Origin: Octopus bimaculoides
Lineage: Eukaryota
DNA length: 64,000 bases
Assembly (NCBI RefSeq): GCF_001194135.2
Contig: NC_069006.1
Span: 12,041,174 to 12,105,173, forward strand
Direction of reading: 5' to 3'
Part shown: piece by piece, positions 54,060-64,000 of the stretch
Layout of the letters: the number at the start of each line of letters is the position of its first letter
Position numbering within the stretch: position 1 is the stretch's first letter
The notes under the pieces: generated by a model
Seen by the model: the letters and a program-made list of their open reading frames with translations, nothing else
What the model was told of the DNA's origin: nothing
Databases searched by the model: none
Program-made: the position numbers and the translations under genes

Positions 54060-54420
54060 GAGCCCTGAGAGAATGCAAACCTCCACCAAGGCAATATCAA
54101 CATCCTCTCAATGATTAGTAAAAATTGATTTTTAAAATGAGAATATCTGAAATAAACTCGACTGCTCTCACAAATGGGAATACTAAAAATGAACCCGACT
54201 GCTCTCAAACATTAATTAAAAAAATAGGGAAAATAATCCAGAATCCTTGTCTGGTATCAGATCAATCCAAAAATCTAATCAGTTCATGCCAGTCACGGGG
54301 CCAAACATCCCTGAAAGTTTCATCAGAATCCATCCAGCAGTTCTTGAGATATCTTGTCCACGGACAAACAAACATGACTGAAAACAACACCTACACCTTC
54401 GCTAAGGCGGAGGTAATAAT
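54060..54420 (-). mobile_element. Possible HINE/DINE-1-like non-autonomous Helentron
   Basis: The minus strand begins tattacctccgcc-ttag-cgaagg (terminal hairpin), then gtttgtttgtccgt and gaactgctggatggattctgatgaaactttc. A related ccttggtggagg motif lies at the other end. Confidence 0.45.
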
Positions 54421-54751
54421 AATGATAAAAATAATAACAACAGAGGCCCAAGGCAATGTCATGGATAGAATGAAATTAATATCTTTGCTCTTTGATCTCA
54501 CCTATAGAAAAAAGATCAATACCAAGAAAACCAAGAAAACCAAGAAAGCAGATGTGAAATATTTTTATACTTTATGAGTTTATTTGAATTTCATTTAAGG
54601 TACATTTCTTTAAAAATCCTTCTTTTATTTTTGGTTTTTGGTTATTCACATCATCAAGAAAATTAGTTCATGTTTTCCGTGACAACCTTATAAATAGAAG
54701 AAGAAGAAGAAGAAGAAGAAGAGGGAAGAAGTAGAAAGAGGCTGAAGAAGA

Positions 54752-54802
<51 letters not shown>

Positions 54803-55165
54803 GAAGAAGAAGAAGAAATACAGGATAGTTGAAAAAGTAGAGGTAGAAAACAGGAGAAGAAGGGGGAGGAAGTGTAAAAGGAACACGATATGAAGAAGAA
54901 AAAGCTTTTGTTTAATGTTTTAAAAATAAGAAATATTTTGGGTTACTTTTTTATATGTGTAGAAATAAAAGTAGAGTTTATTATTAAATAACACAAAGTG
55001 GCTCAGAATGGACACGTAGCAATAGAATAGGACATAAAAAGATTTCAGGAGATGAGCGTAGCACAGAAAAACAACAATAACAATAGAACAATAGTAATAA
55101 TGATGACAATGGGAATGTTTCTTTATTAATAAATATGCTTACTTTATTATTATTATTATTATTGT

Positions 55166-55547
55166 GGAGGTGCAATGGCCCAGTGGTTAGGGCAGCGGAC
55201 TCACGGTCATAGGATCGCGGTTTCGATTCCCAGACCGGGCGTTGTGAGTGTTTATTGAGCAAAAACACCTAAAGCTCCACAAGGCTCCGGCAGGGGATAG
55301 TAGTGAACCCTGCTGTACTCTTCCACCACAACTTCCTCTCACTCTTTCTTCCTGTTTCTGTTGTGCCTGTAATTCAAAGGGTCAGCCTTGTCACACTGTG
55401 TCATGCTGAATATCCCCGAGAACTATGTTAAGGGTACACGTGTCTGTGGAGTGCTTAGCCATTTGCACATTAATTTCATGAGCAGGCTGTTCCATTGATC
55501 GGATCAACTGGAACCCTCGACGTCGTAAGCGATGGAGTGCCAACAAC
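55166..55547 (+). mobile_element. Full-length tRNA-SINE family D
   Basis: A-box tggcccagtgg, B-box ggtttcgattccc, (CAA)/(ATT) tail. A partial 3' copy lies at 51700-51850. Confidence 0.85.
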
Positions 55548-55548
55548 A

Positions 55549-55590
<42 letters not shown>

Positions 55591-55602
55591 AATAATAATA
55601 AT

Positions 55603-55834
55603 AGTTTTAAATTTTGGCACAGGGCCAGCTGTTTTTTGAGGGGAGGGGCAAGTCGATTACATCAATTCCAATACTTGACTGGTACTTATTTTATCAACCC
55701 CAGAAGGATGAAAGGCAAAGTCAACCCCGGGGAAATTTGTACTCAGGACGTAAAAACAGATGAAATGCCACTAAGCATTTTGTCCAGCATGCTAATGGTT
55801 CAGCCAGCTTGCCACCTTGATAATAATAATCATA

Positions 55835-55869
<35 letters not shown>

Positions 55870-56250
55870 AAATTTTGGCACAAGGCCAGCAATTTCAGAG
55901 GATAGGGTAAGTTGGTTACATCGATCCCCAGTGTTCAACTGGTACTTATCTTATTGACACCAAAAGGATGAAAGGCAAAGTCAACCTCAGCTGAATTTGA
56001 ACTTAGAACATGACAACAGATGAAATGCTGCTAATTATTTCACCCGGTGTACTAACAAGTCTGCTAGCTCGCCACCTTAATAATGATAATAATAATAATA
56101 ATAATAATGACAATTCTTCCTCAGGCCAGCAACTTTGAAGGGAGGGTGCAAGTCACTACGATTGACTCCAGTACTTGACTGGTACTAGTCTCATTGACAT
56201 CAAAAGAATGAAAGGCAAAGTTGACTTTGGTGAGAGTTGAACTCAGAATG
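55603..56250 (-). mobile_element. Chain of three family A SINEs
   Basis: Same orientation, joined by (AAT)/(GAT) microsatellites. Confidence 0.8.
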
Positions 56251-56307
56251 CACAGACCCAGTATCAATGCTCCATAGCATTTTATCCAACTCTTTTACAA
56301 TACTGCT

Positions 56308-56368
<61 letters not shown>

Positions 56369-57460
56369 TAATAATAATAATGATAATGATATCCTTTTTA
56401 CGATAGGTTGTGAACAGTGTATATGCATTAAGTGATACAAAGATGGGTATATATATGTGTGTGTGTGTGCATGTGCATATTTAACACAAAACAAGAGTTT
56501 GTAAAATATTTTGTTACATCAGTTTTCCTGTGTTTCATTAACAAAGTGATTATCAATGACACAAACTACATAATCCAATTGCATTGTCAAATCATCAGAG
56601 ATACATTCACTGGTTCTGCAACAACTGTATCAAATTAGGCTCAAATGTTTACTTATATATATATATGTATGTATGTATATATACATTCCATCAGGGTGAT
56701 TTTCATTATCTTAAACTTAGAATGTTGTTGTGTGACTCCATTTTAGCCCAGATCGATAAAACACCAGTGATAAAAAAATAGAAAATGTAAAAAGGGGGTC
56801 CAGTTGTAATCATGCCATCATTTATTCAGGCCATCTACACTATCCAGCGTGTCCTTCCTTTACATAAGATAATAGTGCTTGATTTCCAAGAGACTTGATT
56901 GCTATTTCAAGCTTAAGAAAAAATGTGTAAAAACAAGAGTATATTTTAATTGAATTGTTTGATTACTTTTATTATCATCAAGAACATGGAATTTGAGGAA
57001 CAAAAACAAACAAAAATAAAAACATTGCAAGTGTGAGGTGCCAAAGAACTCGACAGAACAAATATATACATTGCTTCATGTATTATTTATATTTTTATAT
57101 ATATTAATGTAAATATCTTTTGGTAACACGTTAAATACAGATGGTAGAACAGACAAACTTTAATACATTAAACATCATATACCAAGCTAACTCATTACAA
57201 AAATGGGTTTTACAGGAAATGCAATTTCACACCAAGATTCAATGAAATTTGTATAAATTTAGCAAATGAAGCTATTGAGTATGTTTTCCTTTTTCTTTTC
57301 TGTCTAAAAAAATCCCAAATATATATAAAAAATTTGTTATGAAAGAATCAAATGAAAAATAGAGGGTTTAGATAAAGGGTAAGAATCTGAGTTTATTTTA
57401 AAACTGAGTGATGAGATTGTGATATAACACAGTTAAGATGATAACGTATGCTCACACACA

Positions 57461-57505
<45 letters not shown>

Positions 57506-58121
57506 ATTTCTGTTCATTCACCGAGAAGCAATAAATTATAGAATTCAATATATAAATGGAGAGTATTCTTAAATACATTATTTCCAAAAGGTTCGTAATT
57601 TCCAGTACTGTCAGTTTCATGTTTTTGTCCTTCCAGCTGGTAACCTGAGCTACGTATATTTTTTTATGTTGACTGAAGAGGGTAGTATTACATAGTGATT
57701 ATCTTACATAATTACTCCATACATGTGTATTAAATACAGTCAAAATATCAATTTTGGTCTTGTTATTATTCTGAAAATCCTTTCTACTATAGGCACGAGG
57801 CCTGAACATTTTGGAGGAGGAGAAAGCTAGTGAATTTCATCAACTCCAGTATTCAATTGGTACTTATTATTTCATTGACTTCAAAAGGATGAAAGGCAAA
57901 GTCAACCATAATCATTTATATGTATTACATTGTTTCATTGCAAACTGTACAGTCTTATGGCTGTTTCATTTGTTTGACAAGATCATGTGATTGAAAATTT
58001 CAGCAGTTCATAAATAAACATAAATATTGAATGATTCTCAACATTTTCAGTCTTGATAGTGGCTACAACTGATACTATTAGCACTGGTATATATGTATAT
58101 ATACATATATGTATATGCATA

Positions 58122-58171
<50 letters not shown>

Positions 58172-58712
58172 CAGTGGCAGCAGTATTTAACGTTTTGGTA
58201 TGGTTTTTATGGCTAGATATCCTTCCTAAAGTATGTGTATGTTCATATATACCTATATCTGTTTATATATGTGTATATACAGCCATACACCTTTTTGTCT
58301 GTTTCTTTATCCATCCATACACACATACATACACATATACATGCTATCCCCTGTGCTGGTGATGCAAATTCATACATAATTCAACAGTTATCAAATTAGA
58401 TACCTTCCCAAATGGTAACTGTTAAAGCTGAAATAACACAATCTACAGAATACTAACTGGTGCCTCTGCTTAACCTGGGGCATCCGATGAAAAGAACAAA
58501 TATTGCTAATGTAGCTAAGCCAACCACATGACCTGAACTAACCAATGAAAGCCTAAATATTCTTACCAAGAAGCCATTTCAAATTTCTTTTAAATTATCT
58601 TCACTCTGACTCTAAACATCTAATAATATTGCCACGCCCTGCACTCACAAAACTTTAAATGTGAAGCTGAGTCAAACTCATTTCATATACATATATTAAT
58701 TATATACTTTAT

Positions 58713-58820
58713 AAGAATAGAGGTGACAGCAACTTTGAAGTTTCAGCTTGCTAGCTTTCGTTGGATTGTCTGATGACAACTTGCAGACCAAAAGTTCAAA
58801 GTCACTGTCACCCTTCTTCT
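58713..58820. ncRNA. Inverted pair of decayed hammerhead-like motifs
   Basis: Plus strand: gattgt-CTGATGA-N13-aaaag-ttcaaa-GTC-actgtc. Minus strand: gacaat-ccaacga-a-AGCT-agca-AGCT-GAAAC-ttcaaa-GTT-gctgtc. Confidence 0.4.
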
Positions 58821-58947
58821 TTTCAAAGTGTAATAGATATGTACTCTACAAGAAAGTAGAGAATATAGAGTAATTCTTCAGTTTACTGTTAAATCGCCTT
58901 TATTAGAACTTGACATAAAGATAGACATTAATATATATACATGTATG

Positions 58948-58997
<50 letters not shown>

Positions 58998-59279
58998 CAT
59001 ACATACATATGCATGCATATCTATGTGTATATAATATTTAGACAAACTAAATTATAGAAAACAACTGGAGATTTATACAGAAATATAAACATACATTGCT
59101 GTATATACCTTGAGTTATTCTTCAATCAGCAGGTCTACATAGCATTGTGTGTGTGTGTGCACATGTGAGAGGGCGAGAGAAAGAGAGAGAGAGAGAGAAG
59201 TGTGTGTTAATGAAGTGATGTAGAGGGCAACACATTAATTACACATAATAATAATTACATTCATATATAATAATAATAA

Positions 59280-59842
<563 letters not shown>

Positions 59843-59952
59843 TGGAAAGTACAGATAGCATGGTACTGTAGGTTGCAGGTAGCAAGTCCACTACTCATGC
59901 AAAACTCCAGGAGTTCCAACAAAACCCGAGTTAAATTGCAGAATAACAATCA

Positions 59953-59989
<37 letters not shown>

Positions 59990-60269
59990 TATACAGTGCT
60001 CATGTATACACACTCACACGAATGTACACACACACATACGCATACACACACACACACACACACACACATATATTAAGATTTACTTTGTGTTAAAATATGT
60101 TGATACAGGAGAGAAAGTGGTAGAAACAGTCCACTGCTGGAGGTGATAGAGTGAGAGAGGGGAGAGAGGTAGAGTCAATTGTGAGAGGTAACACAGACTA
60201 CTATACAACTAAAGATACACAAATCCTCCAGATGTACAAAACTCTTGGGTGAAGAAGGAAGCAGTGTTG

Positions 60270-60835
60270 AAACGTCAACAACAACAGACAACAGATATAA
60301 CTCCATCCTATGCTGCACAACTACTCTATCCAGATATAACTCCACACACACACTATCATATTATACACAACACCACACAGATATAATTCCACTTACATTA
60401 CCATACTGTACACAAACACCACACAGATATAACTCTCCCCCCATAACCATACTGTACGACAACTGTACAGGTGTAGCTCCAGCCACACTCCCATTCAATA
60501 CAGCAGCTCTACACAGATATAACTCCATCCACCCACCCACACAACCATACTGTACACAACTCTACATAGACATAACTCCACCTACCACACTACCACATTA
60601 TACCCGACATAACACAGATGTAACACCACTCACCCTCATTGTATCGGCATAGATATAGCTCCACCCATACTTTTATACTATGCACAACTTTACACAGACA
60701 TAATTCCACCCACCCACATTACCATATTTTACACAATTTAATACAGATATAACTCCACCCACCTACTCACATTGCCATCCAATACATGACTCCACACAAA
60801 TTTACCACCATCCACTCTCACACTACCATACTGTA
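60270..60835 (-). repeat. Degenerate ~50-nt minisatellite at the start of the peptidase 3' UTR
   Basis: About 10 recurrences of cagatataactcc.... and accatactgtacacaac on the plus strand, starting at the stop codon. Confidence 0.85.
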
Positions 60836-60922
60836 CATTTCTGCTCTGGATTCATATAGGATCCTTGTTTGCAGTTGAAGACTTGAGAAAATTCTGGAGA
60901 ATTCTGCAGTGGACCAATGACT
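60823..60922 (-). CDS. M13 peptidase last coding exon: [32 protein letters not shown]
   Basis: Acceptor ttttctttctcttgcag, phase 2 (completing AG|A = Arg). It ends in TAG after the typical neprilysin-family terminus MNP..KC.VW. Upstream exons lie beyond the window. Confidence 0.95.
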
Positions 60923-61162
60923 CTGCAAGAGAAAGAAAATGACATAGAATGGTATCTATGGAACAGCATTGCCACAGCAACTAATTTTCCATATTCTTAT
61001 CTCTGACATCACAGACATTCTATCTATATACATGTGTACCTATTGTAGAAGAAAGAGTGAGAGAAACAGACAGACAGATAAACAGAGAGAGGGAGAGAAA
61101 GTGAGTGGAGATGATAAAGTTATGTTGATAAAAGATGAAGAACATTGTAGTAACAAACAAAC

Positions 61163-61239
61163 CTAAATCTTCCCGGACTGTGATGGTTTGTCTGAATTCT
61201 ATTAATGGCAGCTTCTCGACGCATTGAGCCACACCAAAC
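61163..61239 (-). CDS. M13 peptidase penultimate exon: VWCGSMRREAAINRIQTNHHSPGRF(R)
   Basis: 77-nt exon with acceptor ttcatccag and donor gtttgt. It carries the VWC...H-S-P-G-R-F-R motif containing the conserved M13 His and stays in frame with both neighbouring exons. Confidence 0.95.
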
Positions 61240-61635
61240 CTGGATGAATAAACACAAGCAACAGTATATGATCAGGTGTATATAATACAAGATTTTTTAT
61301 ATAATACCAAATCTAGGTGAATAAACACTAACAACAGTTGATAATTAGGTGTGTATAATATAGATTATTTTAGACAACCAAATCAAAATTGGGGGAATAA
61401 ACACAAACAACAGTAGGTAATCAGGTGTGTAAAGCAGAGGATATTTTATACAACCACACAAAAGTTGGGTGAATAAACACAAACAAGTAGATAGTCAAGT
61501 GTGTATAATACAAGTAGATAGTCAAGTGTGTATAATACAACTATACCAAATCTAGATGAATAAACACAAACAGTAGATAATCAAACATATATAATACAGG
61601 ATCTTTTATATATACACACCAAATCTGAATGTGTA
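61232..61635 (-). repeat. Degenerate ~70-nt tandem array in the intron, overlapping the acceptor of the 77-nt exon
   Basis: About 6 units of acc-aaa-tcta-ggtgaataaacac-aacaacagt-gataa-tcaggtgtgtataata, the first being the real exon junction. Confidence 0.85.
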
Positions 61636-61664
61636 AACACAGTTCTGACAATCAATGCCCTAAA

Positions 61665-62085
61665 TAAAGGGCTCTGATTTAGGCATAAGTCTAACAGTTT
61701 TGAGGGGAGAGAGAGCAAATTGATTACATTGACCCCAGTATTTGACTGGCATTTCATTTTATCAACCCTCATAAGGATGAAAGAAAAACGTTGCAGGATT
61801 TCAGATCAGATTGTAAAGAACACAGAAGAAAGGTTACTAAACGTTTTGTTCAGCATGCTAACAATTCTCCCAGTTAGCTGCCTTAATAATGATTCTTTCT
61901 ATTATAGGCAAAAGGCCAGAAATTTTTTAAGGAAGAGGACTAACCAATTATATCAGCCCCAGAGCTCAACTGGTACTTATTTCAATGACCCCCCAAAAAA
62001 TGAAAGGCAAAGGTGACTTCGTAGAGATGGATGAAATGCCATTAAACATTTTCTCCAGCATATTAACGATTCAGCCAGCTCACCT
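61665..62085 (-). mobile_element. Two decayed family A SINEs in the peptidase intron
   Basis: gattacattgaccccagta, aaggatgaaag and ccagctcacc motifs. Confidence 0.7.
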
Positions 62086-62124
62086 TATATATATATATAT
62101 ATATATGTACACATGTACATTTAT

Positions 62125-62167
<43 letters not shown>

Positions 62168-62278
62168 ATAATAATAACAGCAACAACAATTATAACAAGA
62201 GTGATAATTTTTTAACTTAGAGGAATGCAACTACAGACAGACAAAAATAGAGAAAGGAAGGAAGGAAGAGATACTCAC

Positions 62279-62380
62279 ATGGGCAAAATTGAGGAAAAAC
62301 ATTTGTTCAGGAGTGTAGGAGGAGAGACCTGGCAGTGTTTGTTCTTTACCTCCTGTTTTCTTCTTCCAATGTTCATAGGC
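62279..62380 (-). CDS. M13 peptidase (neprilysin/ECE-like), third-to-last coding exon: AYEHWKKKTGGKEQTLPGLSSYTPEQMFFLNFAH
   Basis: 102-nt phase 0/0 exon with acceptor ttctctttaactgccccacag and donor gtgagt. The translation matches the M13 C-terminal pattern AY..W.....LPGL..TPEQ(M/L)FFLNFA(Q/H). Confidence 0.93.
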
Positions 62381-62869
62381 CTGTGGGGCAGTTAAAGAGA
62401 AGCAAAAACTGAATATACTGCACTGGGATAACATGGGGGCACAAAAGGGAAAAACAGTGATGTAAAATAAGGTAACATGGAAATATGAAGAGGGACACTA
62501 AGATGGCCTGAAAGCGGGATAACAATATGGTGGTGGTGGTGGTGGTGGTGGTGGTGGCATGTAATGGAGTTAATATGGCAGTATGGAATGTGGCAACTGG
62601 CTGTTACGGAATGGGATAACATTTATATATGTATGTGTGTGTATGTATATATATATATATATAATAGACACGTGTGTATGTGTATATGCATGTATGTATG
62701 TATGTGTATATATTTTTATATATTTATATTTACATATACACACGCTAATACACGACTTATAATCCCCAATCCTGTTCATACAACGACTGGGGCAAACTAG
62801 TCGGTATACAGCCCTTACTCGGTATTACCTGTATCCTCCTGGGTTTGGTTAAATCCAATACCCTCCTCA

Positions 62870-62906
<37 letters not shown>

Positions 62907-63329
62907 AAAGTTGATCTCAGTGGAATTTGAACTCAGAATATAAAGATCCATGGAATGTCACTAAGCATTTTGTCCAGTGTGTTAATGAGCTGCTAAAGTC
63001 TTTGAAATTCTCTAGCACCTGATTATGCAAAGGATTCTTTCATAGTTGAAATTTGTTTGAGAAATTTGGAAGGTTACAATCCTCAAATTTGGCAGAAAAA
63101 TTTTTTTCAAAGTTTCCATCTCTTTTGTCAAACATATAGATACACACACACACACACACACATGCATGTTTGATTTCATTTTAGATTTTTCAGATTTTTT
63201 TCTTAGCTTTTTATAGTTGGTTTAGAGTGGTAGAGTTTCTAAATCCATACCTGACGTTCCTCATTTTCAAGAATTGAATTTATTATATTTACGATTTGCA
63301 TTATTTCTTATATACTGACTGAATCCATG

Positions 63330-63690
63330 CAGACTGTGCCACCAAAGGACTTTTTGATCATTGACATCATGCATCAGGCACCATGCATCAGTGGAGGAGA
63401 CCTCCTTCGGTCATGAATGACCTTGGGATTGCACCCAGAAAGTTACCCTCCCAGGTACAAGTCCAGGCAAGATTGTTTATGGAAGGCCAGTAGTCGTCCA
63501 TGCATACTAGCCTCCCCTCTCCACACCGCTGATATTATCCAAGGGAAAGGCAAATGCCAATACAACTTGGCACCAGTGATGTCGCAACTCATTTCTACAG
63601 CTGGAGCAATGTGAAATAAAATGTCTTGCTCAAGAAATCAACACGCAGCCCAGTCCGGGAATCAAACTCACAACCTCACGATCATAAGNN
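63330..63690 (-). mobile_element. tRNA-SINE (another family)
   Basis: The minus strand starts cttatgatcgtgaggttgtgagtttgattcccggact (B-box-like) and continues into a non-coding repeat body. Confidence 0.6.
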
Positions 63691-64000
63691 NNNNNNNNCT
63701 TCTCACCCACATGACTCCAGGTTCAGTCCCACTGTGTGGCACCTTGGGCAAGAGTCTTCTAAATAGCCTCAAGTCAAACAAAGCCTTGTGAGTGAATCTG
63801 GTACATGGAAACTGAAAGAAGTCCACCATATGTGTGTGTGTGTGTGTGTGTGTGTATGGGTCTGTGTTTGTCCCCCCCCCCCACCTACTGCTTGACAATT
63901 GGTGTCAGTGTGTTTACTTTCCTATAACTTAGTGGTACAACAAAAAAGACCAATAGAACAAGTACAAGGCTTAAAAAAAAAAAAAGTAAGTACTGGGGTC

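Noticed and set aside
55166-55240. tRNA gene
   Set aside because: It has A/B boxes but no complete cloverleaf and continues into a SINE body. No true tRNA or rRNA gene was found.
57610-57645. Plus-strand tttttgtccttccag|CTG|gtaacc, a possible 3-nt microexon
   Set aside because: No plus-strand gene is supported in the window, and such motifs arise by chance in 64 kb.
60246-60275. gtgaagaagg...gaaacgtc hammerhead-like words at the end of the 3' UTR array
   Set aside because: No credible stem I or stem II, and C3 is missing.
60270-61635. CRISPR-like repeat-spacer array
   Set aside because: Eukaryotic context, degenerate whole-unit repeats without unique spacers, and no cas genes.
62400-64000. 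Upstream M13 exon with the ENIADNGG motif
   Set aside because: Searched on the minus strand and not found; it must lie outside the window.

Overview
This is an AT-rich eukaryotic window saturated with repeats and microsatellites and broken by many N gaps. The SINE, LINE and mariner families and the microsatellite density suggest an octopus genome (inference). The only host gene I can support is the 3' end of an M13 metallopeptidase (neprilysin/ECE family) on the minus strand. Its last three coding exons are 62279-62380, 61163-61239 and 60823-60922, all with GT-AG boundaries, ending ...KCTVW*. The rest is transposon debris: three mariner remnants, a Helitron helicase remnant with its 3' CTAG end, RTE, Tx1/L1-like and restriction-like-endonuclease LINE fragments, a Penelope-like GIY-YIG fragment, a gag zinc-knuckle remnant, piggyBac-type TTAA MITEs and several tRNA-SINE families. 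Four unannotated signals stand out: (1) a 300-bp palindrome (15572-15871) with a Penelope-type minimal hammerhead ribozyme fold in each arm, plus a second, more decayed inverted hammerhead pair at 58.7 kb; (2) two tandem arrays in the peptidase gene that are each seeded on a functional exon edge (stop codon, splice acceptor); (3) a CpG-rich 150-codon orphan reading frame with one stop (42993-43442); (4) several other long hairpins. All assignments were made by eye, with no database searches.
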